Below are positions 11,401 to 21,319 of a stretch of DNA of 64,000 nucleotides, piece after piece (position 1 is the stretch's first letter; each line of letters starts with the position of its first letter). The position numbers and the translations under genes are program-made. The notes below the pieces were generated by a model. It ran no database searches, was not told the DNA's origin, and saw only the letters and a program-made list of their open reading frames with translations. Origin of the DNA: an uncultured Spirochaetota bacterium (GTDB taxonomy: Bacteria; Spirochaetota; Spirochaetia; SZUA-6; Fen-1364); contig CAVUXE010000029.1 in the NCBI GenBank assembly GCA_963745235.1, forward strand, positions 64,001 to 128,000, written 5' to 3'.

Positions 11401-12009
11401 TCAGCTGAAGTAGTGCTTCACAATCGTGTCGACATACGCGGCCCGCCCATCCTGCCGGGCGAGGTCGAGACCCATGGTATGACGGAACAGCTGGGGCATG
11501 ATCCCCGGGAGGAGGACCGCTGACACCATCTGGACCACCTCGGCGGAGATCTCCCGCGCGCTCCGGGCGGGGAAGAGCCCGCTCATCTCCCGGGTGAGGG
11601 AAACGACGAACCGGTCCAGCGCCCTGATCAGAGGGGTCCGCGAGACGCCCTTGATGAAGGTGTCATAGAGGTGCGCCTTGACGATCCCGGGAAACTTGAG
11701 CGATCCCTCGTACAGCTCCAGGAGAACCGAACGAACCCGGGACCGAAGGTCGGAGGACCTTTCCCGCAGCAGCACCTCCCAATCCCCGAAGGCGTTCTGC
11801 AGGGTCATGGCCAGCGCCTCGGCAATCAGCGCGTCCTTGGACCTGAAGTAGTAGCTGATAGCGGCGCTGTTCACGCCGGCCTCGCGGGCTATGCCGCGTA
11901 TGGTCACCTCGTGCAGACCATCACGCTCGATGCAATTGATGGCAGCCTCGACGATTCTCTTCCGGGGCGGCAGGGGCGGCTGCTTCCTTGGCGTGCGCGC
12001 ATTTGTCAC
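11401..12009 (-). CDS. TetR/AcrR-family transcriptional regulator
   Basis: IVEAA...G...TIRGIAREAGVNSAAISYYFRSKDAL helix-turn-helix. Confidence 0.92.
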   Translation of the reverse strand: MTNARTPRKQPPLPPRKRIVEAAINCIERDGLHEVTIRGIAREAGVNSAAISYYFRSKDALIAEALAMTLQNAFGDWEVLLRERSSDLRSRVRSVLLELYEGSLKFPGIVKAHLYDTFIKGVSRTPLIRALDRFVVSLTREMSGLFPARSAREISAEVVQMVSAVLLPGIMPQLFRHTMGLDLARQDGRAAYVDTIVKHYFS

Positions 12010-12022
12010 ACCATTGATTTAA

Positions 12023-12875
12023 TCACACGGTTGATGCATGCGCAACGGAAGCGGCGGCCCGTGATGCCTTCACCACCCGTGAGGAGGCCTTCTTCCACCG
12101 CCCCCCGATCAGGCGCACGACCAGCAGGCGCGGCGCCCTGACTCCGACCCACTGGATGAGCCGGTTCACGAGGCCGGGGATGATTACACCCCGACCTCGG
12201 AGGGCCTGGCGAATGGCCACCGCGGCGACCCGCTCCGGGTACCACGTGGTGATCCTTCCGAAGAACCCCTGCGCTTCCACCTGGTCAGCAGTATCCCTGT
12301 TTGTCACCATTCCAGCGGGACACAGGGCGCTCACTGTGACGCCGGTGCCGGCCAGCTCGTGCCGGATAGCCAGGGAGAAGTTGAGGATGAACGACTTCGT
12401 GGCAGCGTAGACGGCCATGGAAGGCATGGGGTAGAAGGCGGCCAGGCTTGCCACGTTGATGATCGCAGCCCACGGTCGGCGCCTCAACTGCGGCAGAAGC
12501 AGATGGGTCATCTGCACGACCGCCTGCACATTCACTTCAATAATGCCCGCCAGTCTCGACAGCGAGGTGCCCAGGAACGATCCGCAACTCCCCGTTCCCG
12601 CATTGTTGATGAGAAGATCGACCTCGATGCCTTGCTGCGCTATCCACGCGACAAGCCGCTCGCGCTCGCGACAGTTGGCAAGATCCATCGTGACCGTGTG
12701 GGCCTCGACCTGGTAGGCCCGTGCCAGCCTTTCCCCGACTTCCCGCGCGCCGCTTTCCCGGCAGGTCCACCAGGAGGATGTTCCATCCCCTGCGCACCGC
12801 CTCGAGGGCGAATGCGCTTCCCAGCCCTCCGCCGGCTCCCGTGATGAGCGCGAACCCATGCAGTCGTGTTCTCAT
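12023..12875 (-). CDS. Short-chain dehydrogenase/reductase (frameshift near 12750)
   Basis: TGAGGGLG, NNAG, catalytic Ser and YAATK. Confidence 0.88.
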
Positions 12876-12917
12876 GTTGACTCTTTCGACGAGAAGCGTT
12901 GACGATATCCCTTCAAA

Positions 12918-12947
12918 TTAATCAAACGATTTAATCATTTGATTGAC
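12918..12947. promoter_or_regulatory. Candidate TetR operator(s), TTAATCA-based palindromes between the divergent SDR genes
   Basis: TTAATCAAACGATTTAATCATTTGATTGA; a related TGATTTAATCA lies near 12015-12025, just upstream of tetR. Confidence 0.55.
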
Positions 12948-12996
12948 CTGGCGTGGGACACGTGATAGGCTTTTCCCATCGTGAGAGGAGGTCTGT

Positions 12997-13872
12997 ATGA
13001 AAGGCGGACGTGGATCAGACAAAGGCGGGAGAGGAAGGGGAGTCCTTGTCACGGGCTGCTCATCAGGCATTGGACGCGCAACCGCACTCTGCCTCGCGGA
13101 TCATGGTTTCACGACCTTTGCCGCCGTGCGCCGGGAGGCGGATTACGAGGAGCTGAAGTCCCTCGGAAGAGCCGGCCTTGTTCCTGTGTTCCCCCTGGAC
13201 CTGAGAAAGCCTGAGCACATCACGCCCCTGCTTGCCAGGATCGAGCCGGAGCTTGCAGCCCTGGGGCAGCCGGGCCTGTACGCAATCGTCAACAACGCAG
13301 GAGCCGGCGCTGTTGCCCCGCTCGAGCTCCTGGACCTGGACGTCTTTCGGGGTGAGCTCGAATCCAGGCTGCTTGGTCCCGTTGCCCTTGCGCAGGCCCT
13401 TCTTCCATCCCTTCGCCAGGCCGGTGGGCGCCTGCTCTGGATTGCCACGCCCGCGCTCATTCCCATCCCGTTCGTCGGGAGCATTCATGCCTGCGACTTC
13501 GCGGTCAACTGCATCGCCAGGACATTCGCCCTCGAGCTTGCGCGGTGGAAGGTCCCGAGCATCTTCGTGCGCTGCGGCGGCATCCAGACCGCGGCGCCCG
13601 AGAAGAACGCCCGTGACCTCGAAGAGCAGATGATGCGCTGGCAGGACAGCCAGCACGCCCTCTACGCCGAGGCGCTGGAGAAAGAGAAGCGGGAGCTGGC
13701 TGCTTTTGACCGCAGAAGGAGCGCCCCTTCGGTCATTGCAGAGAGAGTCCTCCAGGCGCTTTGCGCGGCCCGGCCCAGGCGCGTCTACCGGGCAGGATAC
13801 ATGTCAGGCACCGGCGCCATCCTGGACCTGATGCCGCAGCCTCTTGTGGACTGGATCATGTCCCGCCGTTGA
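12997..13872 (+). CDS. SDR-fold protein with a non-canonical active site
   Basis: TGCSSGIG and NNAG present; the YxxxK position reads IHACD. Confidence 0.8.
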   Translation: MKGGRGSDKGGRGRGVLVTGCSSGIGRATALCLADHGFTTFAAVRREADYEELKSLGRAGLVPVFPLDLRKPEHITPLLARIEPELAALGQPGLYAIVNNAGAGAVAPLELLDLDVFRGELESRLLGPVALAQALLPSLRQAGGRLLWIATPALIPIPFVGSIHACDFAVNCIARTFALELARWKVPSIFVRCGGIQTAAPEKNARDLEEQMMRWQDSQHALYAEALEKEKRELAAFDRRRSAPSVIAERVLQALCAARPRRVYRAGYMSGTGAILDLMPQPLVDWIMSRR

Positions 13873-14804
13873 ACGGAGTGTCGGTTGCCGGGCAGCTTCG
13901 AGAGATCGTACGGCGTGGCCTGGTAGACGTAGTAGTTGAGCCAGTTCGCGTACAGAAGATGGGCGTGAGACCGCCAGGTGAGGAGCGGTTCACGCTTCGG
14001 GTCGTTGTCGGGGAAGTAGTTGGCGGGGACCGCCATGGGCAGCCCCTTTGCGATGTCCCGGTCGTACTCCGCCTTGAGAGTATGCCTGTCATACTCCGGG
14101 TGGCCCGTGACAAACAGCATCCGACCGTCCCGTGATGACACCATGTACACCCCGGCTTCTTCGGAGACCACCAGCAGTTTCAGGCCCTTTGCCGCCTCGA
14201 TGTCTTTCTTCCGCACCTCGGTATGGCGGGAGTGGGGGGCCAGAAACCCTTCATCGAACCCCCGCACGATGGGCTCGTGCGGCTGGAGGATCCTGTGATG
14301 GAAGAGGCCGAACATCTTTTCGGGGAGAGGATACTTGGGGACGCCGAAGTGGCGGTACATCCCCGCTTGCGCCCCCCAACAGATATGGAGGGACGACCAG
14401 ACGTTCGTCCTGCTCCAGTCCATCAGGCGGACCAGCTCGTCCCAGTAATCCACCTCTTCAAAAGGAAGTGTCTCCACCGGGGCCCCTGTGATCACGAGGC
14501 CGTCGAAGCGCTCACCGAGCACCCGGTCCAGGGGCTCGTAGAAAGCAGCAAGGTGCTCCGGCGGGGTGTTCTTTGATTCGTGCGTCTCCATGCGGATGAA
14601 CGTGATGTCCACCTGCAGTGGGGTGTTGCCGAGCAGGCGCAGGATCTGGGTCTCTGTGACGATCTTCGTGGGCATCAGGTTGAGGACGGCGATACGGAGC
14701 GGGCGGATGTCCTGGTGCAGCGCCCGACCCTTCGTCATGACGAAGATATTTTCCTGGGCCAGGGTTTTCCTTGCCGGCAGATCGTCCGGTATTCTCACTG
14801 GCAT
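13785..14804 (-). CDS. metA: Homoserine O-acetyltransferase (MetA family)
   Basis: QDIRPL..LNLMP, GAPVE, ICWGAQA, PHSR, GHPEY. Glu in GAPVE suggests acetyl-CoA use. The 3' end overlaps the convergent SDR and may be extended artefactually. Confidence 0.92.
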   Translation of the reverse strand: MPVRIPDDLPARKTLAQENIFVMTKGRALHQDIRPLRIAVLNLMPTKIVTETQILRLLGNTPLQVDITFIRMETHESKNTPPEHLAAFYEPLDRVLGERFDGLVITGAPVETLPFEEVDYWDELVRLMDWSRTNVWSSLHICWGAQAGMYRHFGVPKYPLPEKMFGLFHHRILQPHEPIVRGFDEGFLAPHSRHTEVRKKDIEAAKGLKLLVVSEEAGVYMVSSRDGRMLFVTGHPEYDRHTLKAEYDRDIAKGLPMAVPANYFPDNDPKREPLLTWRSHAHLLYANWLNYYVYQATPYDLSKLPGNRHSVQRRDMIQSTRGCGIRSRMAPVPDMYPAR

Positions 14805-14867
14805 GGCTGTATTTCTCCTTGCTATTCATAGCGCTTAACCCCTACCGGTGGCAACCGGGTGCATTAC

Positions 14868-14920
14868 ACTACCATATTGATCGAATTGGTAGTATATTTG
14901 CACCGCGACTTGAGAGTCAA
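14868..14920 (-). promoter_or_regulatory. metA promoter (TTGACT-N18-TATACT) overlapped by an ACTACCA-N12-TGGTAGT palindrome
   Basis: Perfect 7-12-7 inverted repeat at 14868-14893; minus-strand -35 at 14920-14915. Confidence 0.7.
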
Positions 14921-14935
14921 GCGAAGGAGAGGGAA

Positions 14936-15415
14936 ATGCCAAACGGGCTTCGAAAAGTAGATCACTCGTCGCTGAAGGTGAACCAGGCGACGATCATCGT
15001 GCTTCTCCTGGCCGCGTTCATCATCAACGTGCCATGGCTGGTGGCCATCGTGGCTGCTTTCATGCTGGTGGGCACCGGGGTGGCGCGCCCGGGGTTCCTC
15101 TTCATCTACTCGTGGCTGCTCCGTCCCGCGGGTGTTGTCAGGCCGAACCTGCTCGCAGATAATCCGGAGCCGCACCGCTTTGCCCAGGGCTTCGGCGGGG
15201 TTGTTGCTGCCGTGTCGGCCCTCGGGTTGCTGCTCGGCGCGACCGGCCTCGGGTGGGCCCTGACCTGGCTCGTCATCGTCCTTGCCGCCCTCAACCTTTT
15301 CGCAGGGTTCTGCGCGGGATGTGCGGTCTACTATTGGCTGCATCGTCTGCAGGTTCCCGGCTTTTCGAAAAACCCGCCCGTCGGGGTATTCCCGGGAATG
15401 AGGCCGCGAGCGTGA
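14936..15415 (+). CDS. DUF4395-family membrane protein
   Basis: VD..LKVNQ..., PHRFAQGFG, LNLFAGFCAGCAVY. Confidence 0.85.
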   Translation: MPNGLRKVDHSSLKVNQATIIVLLLAAFIINVPWLVAIVAAFMLVGTGVARPGFLFIYSWLLRPAGVVRPNLLADNPEPHRFAQGFGGVVAAVSALGLLLGATGLGWALTWLVIVLAALNLFAGFCAGCAVYYWLHRLQVPGFSKNPPVGVFPGMRPRA

Positions 15416-15825
15416 TGCTGTCCGGCATCGTCCTCAGATCGATCTGCTCCGCGGCAATCGTCGGCTTCTGTGTTGCCGCTTTCTTCGTGGTCCGGACAGT
15501 CGTCCTGGCGCGCGCAGGAAGGGTCTCCGCAGGCCTTTCCGCTTTCAAGCGCGGGGTGCCCGGGGTTGTGTATTTCACGACGCCCGACTGCGCAACGTGC
15601 AGGGCCGCGCAGCGCCCCGCACTGCAGGCGCTGGAGAAGCGATTGGACGGGAGGATTCAGGTGATCGAGGTGGACGCTGCGGACCGACCCGACCTGGCAA
15701 GACAGTGGAGCGTTTTGAGCGTCCCGACAACGTTCATCCTGGACGGAAATGGAAGGCCGCGGCAGGTGAACCACGGTTTCGCTTCGACGGCGAAGCTCAT
15801 GAGCCAGCTCCTGAGAGTCAGCTGA
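15415..15825 (+). CDS. Thioredoxin-family protein with N-terminal membrane anchor
   Basis: FTTPDCATC, SVPTTFIL; translationally coupled (TGATG). Confidence 0.85.
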   Translation: MLSGIVLRSICSAAIVGFCVAAFFVVRTVVLARAGRVSAGLSAFKRGVPGVVYFTTPDCATCRAAQRPALQALEKRLDGRIQVIEVDAADRPDLARQWSVLSVPTTFILDGNGRPRQVNHGFASTAKLMSQLLRVS

Positions 15826-15847
15826 GGCTGGCAAGACGCATCAGGTC

Positions 15848-16279
15848 TCAGATCTGGTAGTTGAGTATCCCTTCACGCGCGCCGCGAAGGAGGGAATCAA
15901 GAGTTATTTTTTCCAGCGCGTCGTTGATGGCTTTTTCAACGGTTCCCCAGACAGCGTCGGTAGGGTGAGTGAACCCGTCGTCCACGCCTCGTTGTCTGCG
16001 GGGACTTCCCGATGCGGAGATGTCTCCCTCCAGGGCCTGGACTATCTCCCGCAAGGTGACTGTGCGCGGATCTCGAGCAAGGGAATAGCCTCCGTGGGCT
16101 CCTCTGTAGGAGGTGATCAGTCCCACCCCCCTCAATGGTATGACCAGCTTGCTGAGGTACTTTTCCGAGATCCTGTGCGTCCGCGCGATGTCCTTGAGGA
16201 AGACCGGCTCGCCCCCGAATCGCAAGGCAAGCTCGTACATGACTTTCAGCCCGTACTTGCTCCTGGTTGAAACCAGCAT
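15848..16279 (-). CDS. Rrf2-family regulator without Cys ligands (CymR-like)
   Basis: STRSKYGL..., ISEKYL..L...G...RGAHGGYSLAR; no cysteine anywhere in the protein. Confidence 0.9.
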   Translation of the reverse strand: MLVSTRSKYGLKVMYELALRFGGEPVFLKDIARTHRISEKYLSKLVIPLRGVGLITSYRGAHGGYSLARDPRTVTLREIVQALEGDISASGSPRRQRGVDDGFTHPTDAVWGTVEKAINDALEKITLDSLLRGAREGILNYQI

Positions 16280-16372
16280 GTGACTTTTACCCGATGGAAA
16301 GAATAGTGAGCCAAGAACGCGGAGTCAATGAAAGCAATCCGCTGCCTGTCCGTTGCCCCGCGCTGAAACTTG

Positions 16373-16427
16373 TTGACAAAACCCTGCCGGGATGAAATTA
16401 TACTACCAATACTATAGACTTTGTAGT
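16373..16427 (+). promoter_or_regulatory. metY promoter region with a second ACTACCA-N12-TTGTAGT box
   Basis: TTGACA at 16373; box at 16402-16427 shares TATACTACCAAT and GTAGTG with the metA box. Confidence 0.65.
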
Positions 16428-16456
16428 GATTGAAACACTACAGATAAGGAGACGGA

Positions 16457-17743
16457 ATGGGCGATAGCAAGACTTACAGGTTCGAAACGCTGGCGCTCCA
16501 CGGGGGCCAGGTGGTGGATCCGACCACAACCTCGCGCGGGGTGCCCGTCTACCGGACGAGCTCCTACGTTTTCCCGACAACCGAGAGGGCGGCCAACCTT
16601 TTCGCCCTGAAGGAGCTGGGCAACATCTACAGCAGGATCATGAACCCCACGCAGGACGTGCTGGAGCAGAGGGTCTCTCTCCTTGAAGACGGCGCAGCCT
16701 CCGTTGCCTTCGCCTCGGGAACGGCCGCCATCTTCAATACCCTCGTGACCATCATGTGCATGGGAGATGAGATCGTCTCCGCGAGCAACCTCTACGGCGG
16801 GACGTACACGATGTTCGATGCCATCCTGCCCACCCTTGGCATCACGGTGAAGTTCGTCAAGCATGACGACCCGAAGAACTTCGAGAAGGCGATAACGCCG
16901 AAGACCCGGGCCCTCTTCATCGAGACAATCGGCAATCCCGTGCTGGATGTCACCGACATCGCGGAGGTGGCGAAGGTCGCCCATGCCCACGGGCTTCCCC
17001 TCATCGTGGATGCAACTTTCACGACCCCCTATCTCCTGAAGACCATCGACTACGGCGCCGACATCGTCATCAACTCCCTCACCAAATGGATGGGCGGGCA
17101 CGGGACGGCAATCGGCGGAATCGTCACCGATGCCGGCCCGTTTCGACTGGAAGGACAAGAAGTTCAAGCTCTTCAACGATCCGGACCCCAACTATCACGG
17201 CCTGAAGTGGGCCCACGATCTTCCCGCGGCCGCTGGCCCCCATGGCCTTCGCGCTGCGGCTGCGCACGGTTCCGCTTGCGCAACCTCGGGGCGTGCACAT
17301 CTCCCGACAACGCGTGGATCTTCCTCCAGGGCATCGAGTCCCTGCCCGTCCGCATGGAGCGGCACTCCAGCAATGCCCTGGCGGTGGCGCAGTGGCTGAA
17401 GAAGCAGCCCAAGGTCGAATGGGTGCGCTACCCCGGACTCCCTGAGGACCCGACCTACCCCGTTGCCAGCAAGTACTTGAAGAAGGGCTTCGGCGGCATG
17501 GTCGTGTTCGGCATCAAGGGCGGCAAGGCGGCGGGAGAGAAGTTCATCAACAGCCTGAAGCTGTTCTCCCACCTTGCCAACGTCGGAGACGCGAAGAGCC
17601 TGGCCCTCCACCCGGCAAGCACCTCGCATTCCCAGCTCACCGAGGAGCAGCAGCGCGAAGGCGGGCTGACTCCCGAGCTGGTCCGCCTGTCCATCGGCCT
17701 GGAGCACGTGGATGACATCAAGGAAGACATCGAGCAGGCTTGA
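16457..17743 (+). CDS. metY: O-acetylhomoserine aminocarboxypropyltransferase (sulfhydrylase); compensating frameshifts at about 17140-17275
   Basis: [28 protein letters not shown] (PLP Lys), [17 protein letters not shown]. Confidence 0.92.
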   Translation: MGDSKTYRFETLALHGGQVVDPTTTSRGVPVYRTSSYVFPTTERAANLFALKELGNIYSRIMNPTQDVLEQRVSLLEDGAASVAFASGTAAIFNTLVTIMCMGDEIVSASNLYGGTYTMFDAILPTLGITVKFVKHDDPKNFEKAITPKTRALFIETIGNPVLDVTDIAEVAKVAHAHGLPLIVDATFTTPYLLKTIDYGADIVINSLTKWMGGHGTAIGGIVTDAGPFRLEGQEVQALQRSGPQLSRPEVGPRSSRGRWPPWPSRCGCARFRLRNLGACTSPDNAWIFLQGIESLPVRMERHSSNALAVAQWLKKQPKVEWVRYPGLPEDPTYPVASKYLKKGFGGMVVFGIKGGKAAGEKFINSLKLFSHLANVGDAKSLALHPASTSHSQLTEEQQREGGLTPELVRLSIGLEHVDDIKEDIEQA

Positions 17744-17762
17744 AACTGAGCTGAGGAAAGAA

Positions 17763-18694
17763 ATGAATATCAAAGCGAATGTGCTGGAGCTCGTCGGCAA
17801 CACGCCCCTGGTGCGGCTGAACAGGGTGAACGAGGGCGCCAAGGCGGAGGTGGTCGCAAAGCTGGAGTCCCGCAACCCGCTTGCCAGCGTGAAGGACAGG
17901 ATCGCGCTTGCCATGATCGAGGACGCGGAGAAGCGCGGACTGCTGAAAAAGGGCAGCGTCATCGTGGAGCCCACCAGCGGCAACACGGGCATCGGGCTGG
18001 CCTACGTGGCCGCGGTCAAGGGATACCGCTGCATCCTCACCATGCCGGAGAGCATGAGCATCGAGCGCCGCAAGCTCCTGAAGGTCTTCGGCGCCGAGGT
18101 GGTCCTCACCCCCGCGCCGCGGGGCATGGGGGGCGCAATCGAGAAGGCCCGAGAGATCCTGGAGGCGACCCCGGACTCCTTCATGCCCCAGCAGTTCGAG
18201 AACCCCGCCAACCCCGAGGTCCACCGCAAGACCACCGCGGAGGAGATCTGGAAAGACACCGACGGCAAGGTGGACATCCTCGTGAGCGGGGTCGGGACGG
18301 GGGGAACCATCACCGGAGTGGCGGAGTTCATCAAGAAGAGGAAGCCGGGTTTCAAGGCCATCGCCGTGGAGCCGTCCAAGTCTCCCGTCCTTTCCGGCGG
18401 ACGCCCCGTCCCCGCACAGGATCCAGGGAATCGGCGCGGGGTTCATCCCGGGCGTGCTACAACAAGAACGTGGTCGACGAAGTGATCAAGGTGGAGGACG
18501 AGGACGCGGGCAAGACCGCGCGCCTGCTCGCGAAGGAGGAGGGGCTCCTGGTGGGGATCTCCGCCGGTGCGGCCGCGTGGGCCGCCCTTGAGGTGGCCAG
18601 GCGGCGCGAGAGCGCGGGGAAGCTGATCGTCGTGGTGTTCCCCGACACGGGCGAGCGCTACCTGAGCACCTGGCTCTTCGAGGACGGCGCCTGA
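17763..18694 (+). CDS. cysK: Cysteine synthase A (frameshifts near 18400-18470)
   Basis: [43 protein letters not shown]. Confidence 0.93.
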
Positions 18695-18698
18695 AGCC

Positions 18699-19175
18699 AT
18701 GCCGTTCCAGATGTCCACCCGGGGCCGCTATGGCGTTCGGCTCATGGTGGCCCTGGCGCTGAACTACGGCAACGGGAGCAGCCTGCTGAAGGACATTGCG
18801 CGGCGTGAGGGCATATCGGAGAAATACCTGGGCCAGATCGTCATCCCGCTGAAGACGGCCGGGCTGGTCGTCTCCCAGCGCGGCTCCCACGGGGGGTATT
18901 CCCTCGCGCGGCCTCCGGAGGATATAACGGTGCGAGACGTCGTGGAGGCCATCGAGGGCCGTATCGCCCTGGCGCCGTGCTCCGGGGAGGCCTCTTCCGA
19001 CCCCGAGTGCATCGAGAGCCCCTCCGCCTGCGAGCGGGCAACCACGTGCGTCGTCACGCGCGTGTGGAGGAAGCTCCAGGACGACATCCAGGAGTCGCTT
19101 TCCTCCTTCACGCTTGCCGGGCTTGCCCGCCAGGCGCGGGAGCTGGGGGAGAGCGCCTCCAACTACATGATCTGA
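18699..19175 (+). CDS. Rrf2-family regulator with Cys cluster (IscR-like, probably Fe-S binding)
   Basis: STRGRYGVRLM; C-terminal C...C...C...C-V. Confidence 0.9.
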   Translation: MPFQMSTRGRYGVRLMVALALNYGNGSSLLKDIARREGISEKYLGQIVIPLKTAGLVVSQRGSHGGYSLARPPEDITVRDVVEAIEGRIALAPCSGEASSDPECIESPSACERATTCVVTRVWRKLQDDIQESLSSFTLAGLARQARELGESASNYMI

Positions 19176-19192
19176 CGGAGGTGCCTCCCCAG

Positions 19193-20266
19193 ATGCAGAG
19201 GCGTGTGGTCGTTGGCCTGAGCGGAGGGGTGGATTCCTCCGTGGCCGCTCTTCTGCTCAAGCAGGCCGGCCACGATGTGGTCGGCGTCACCATGATGATA
19301 TATTCCGGCACGCGCCCGGGCGTGCCGGGTGTCGACTCCTGCTACAGCCCCGGTGAAGGCGCGGACGTCGAGTACGCGGAGGCTGTGTGTCGGACCCTGG
19401 GAATCCCCTACCATACCGTTGACTTGAAAAAAGAGTTCCGGGCATGGGTGCTGGACTATGCGCGCTCGGAATACCTGGCCGGGAGGACCCCGAACCCGTG
19501 CGTGCGCTGCAACCAGGTGGTGAAGTTCGGGCTGCTGGTGGACCGTCTCTCGCGGACCGCCGGGCTGGACTTCGACGCTTTTGCCACAGGCCACTACTGC
19601 CAGGTCTTTCGATCTTCTGAGACCGGGCGCTACAGCCTGCGCAAGGCGCTGGATCCCCTGAAGGACCAGACGTACTTCCTCTGCATGCTTTCCCAGGAGC
19701 AGCTGTCACGAGTCATCTTTCCCCTTGGCACCCTTGCAAAGGCGGAGGTGCGGAGGATCGCGCGGGAGGCGGGTCTCTCCACGCACGACAGGCCGGAGAG
19801 CCAGGACTTCGCCGCCGGCGGCTACCGCGAGGTCCTCGAGGCGAAGGAGAACGCGGGCCGGATCGTCGACCAGGACGGGAACGTGATCGGATCGCATCGC
19901 GGGATCTGGGGATACACCATCGGACAGAGAAAGGGACTCGGCGTCGGAGGCGGAGAGCCGCTGTACGTGACTCAGATCGATGCCGGCACCAACACCATCG
20001 TCGCCGGCCCCGAGTCACTGCTGTACAGGAGCCGGTTGATGGTGCGATCCGTGAACTGGGTGAGCAGGGACAGGCCGGAGCAGCCCATCAGGGTCGGCGC
20101 AAGGATCCGCTATCGCAATCCCGAGGCGCCGGCAGTGGTCACCCCTTTGCCCGACGGCGGAGTGTCGGTGCAGTTCGACGAGCCGCAGCGGGCCGTCGCG
20201 CGCGGCCAGATGGCCGTCTTCTATGAGGGGGACCTCCTCCTGGGCGGAGGCACCATAGACGAATGA
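19193..20266 (+). CDS. mnmA: tRNA 2-thiouridine(34) synthase
   Basis: SGGVDSS, TPNPCVRCN, ATGHY, KDQTYFL, TIGQRKGL, GQ.AVFY. The usual ESQDIC reads ESQDFA. Confidence 0.93.
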   Translation: MQRRVVVGLSGGVDSSVAALLLKQAGHDVVGVTMMIYSGTRPGVPGVDSCYSPGEGADVEYAEAVCRTLGIPYHTVDLKKEFRAWVLDYARSEYLAGRTPNPCVRCNQVVKFGLLVDRLSRTAGLDFDAFATGHYCQVFRSSETGRYSLRKALDPLKDQTYFLCMLSQEQLSRVIFPLGTLAKAEVRRIAREAGLSTHDRPESQDFAAGGYREVLEAKENAGRIVDQDGNVIGSHRGIWGYTIGQRKGLGVGGGEPLYVTQIDAGTNTIVAGPESLLYRSRLMVRSVNWVSRDRPEQPIRVGARIRYRNPEAPAVVTPLPDGGVSVQFDEPQRAVARGQMAVFYEGDLLLGGGTIDE

Positions 20267-21310
20267 GCCCTCTGCCCGACGGCACGGATGATCTGCGACG
20301 CTACTCCCGGCAGGTGCTGCTGCCCAAGATAGGAACTGACGGCCAGCGCCGGCTGCAAAGCGCCAGGGTGCTCGTGCTCGGGGTGGGAGCCCTCGGGACG
20401 GCGCTTGCCTCTTTCATGGTGAGAGCGGGCTGCGGCACCGTGCGCCTTGCAGACCGTGACTTCATAGAGCTCGACAATCTTCAACGCCAGACCCTCTTCG
20501 ACGAGTCGGACATTGCCGCGGGCCTGCCCAAGGCGGTGGCGGCAGCTGAGAAGCTGCGCCGCACGAACTCGGCCGTCACCGTGGAACCGGTGGTTGCCGA
20601 TGTCACGGCGGCCAACATCCTGGAGCTCGTGGAGGGGTGCGACCTTGTCCTGGACGGCGCTGACAACGTCGAGACGCGCCTGCTCCTGAACGACGCCTCC
20701 CTGAAGCTGCGCGTGCCGTGGGTCTACGGCGCGGCCATCGGGATGACGGGGGCAACGATGCCCTTCATCCCCGGGCGGGGACCCTGTTTCCGCTGCATCG
20801 TTCCCAATCAGCCGGCGCCCGGCGCTCTGCCGACGTGCGAGACGGCGGGGATCCTCGGCACGGCGCCGGCGGATCGTTGCCGCGCTGCAGGCAACCGAGG
20901 CCATCAAGATCCTGTGCGGCGCGCTGGAAGACGTTGTGGCGCAGATGCGATACGTGGACGTGTGGGCCGGCACCGTGGAGGCGATCGACATTCGCAAGGG
21001 AAGCGAGCCGTGCCCGGCGTGCGACCTCTCCCGGTTCGATTTTCTCCAGGGGACCCGCGGCGGCGGCAGCGCAAAGATGTGCGGCCGTACTGCGGTCCAG
21101 CTCGATCCCGGCGTGTCGGCAGGCCCGGACTTCCATGCCCTGTCGGAGAGGCTGGCCCCGCTTGGGGACGTCAGCTTCAATGCGTACATGCTCAGGTTCC
21201 GCACCGGGGAGAAGGAGATCGTCGTGTTCCCGGATGGGCGAGCCATCGTCAAGGGAACGGCGGACGAAGCCGCGGCTCGCGCCTTCTACGCCCGGTTCGT
21301 TGGCGCATAG
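20263..21310 (+). CDS. ThiF/MoeB-family adenylyltransferase with C-terminal extension (frameshift near 20870)
   Basis: RYSRQ, GVGALG, DRDFIELDNLQRQ, CFRC, TCETAG, CPAC, VFPDGRAIVKGT. Confidence 0.88.
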
Positions 21311-21319
21311 GCGGACGGG

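Noticed and set aside
13785-13880. Meaningful 3' overlap between metA and the convergent SDR
   Set aside because: MetA homology ends at about TPYDL; the tail is probably read-through from a lost or mis-called stop.
14805-14867. SAM riboswitch in the metA leader
   Set aside because: The leader is only about 70 nt with two small hairpins and no recognisable SAM-I/II/SAH consensus; an Rfam scan would be needed.
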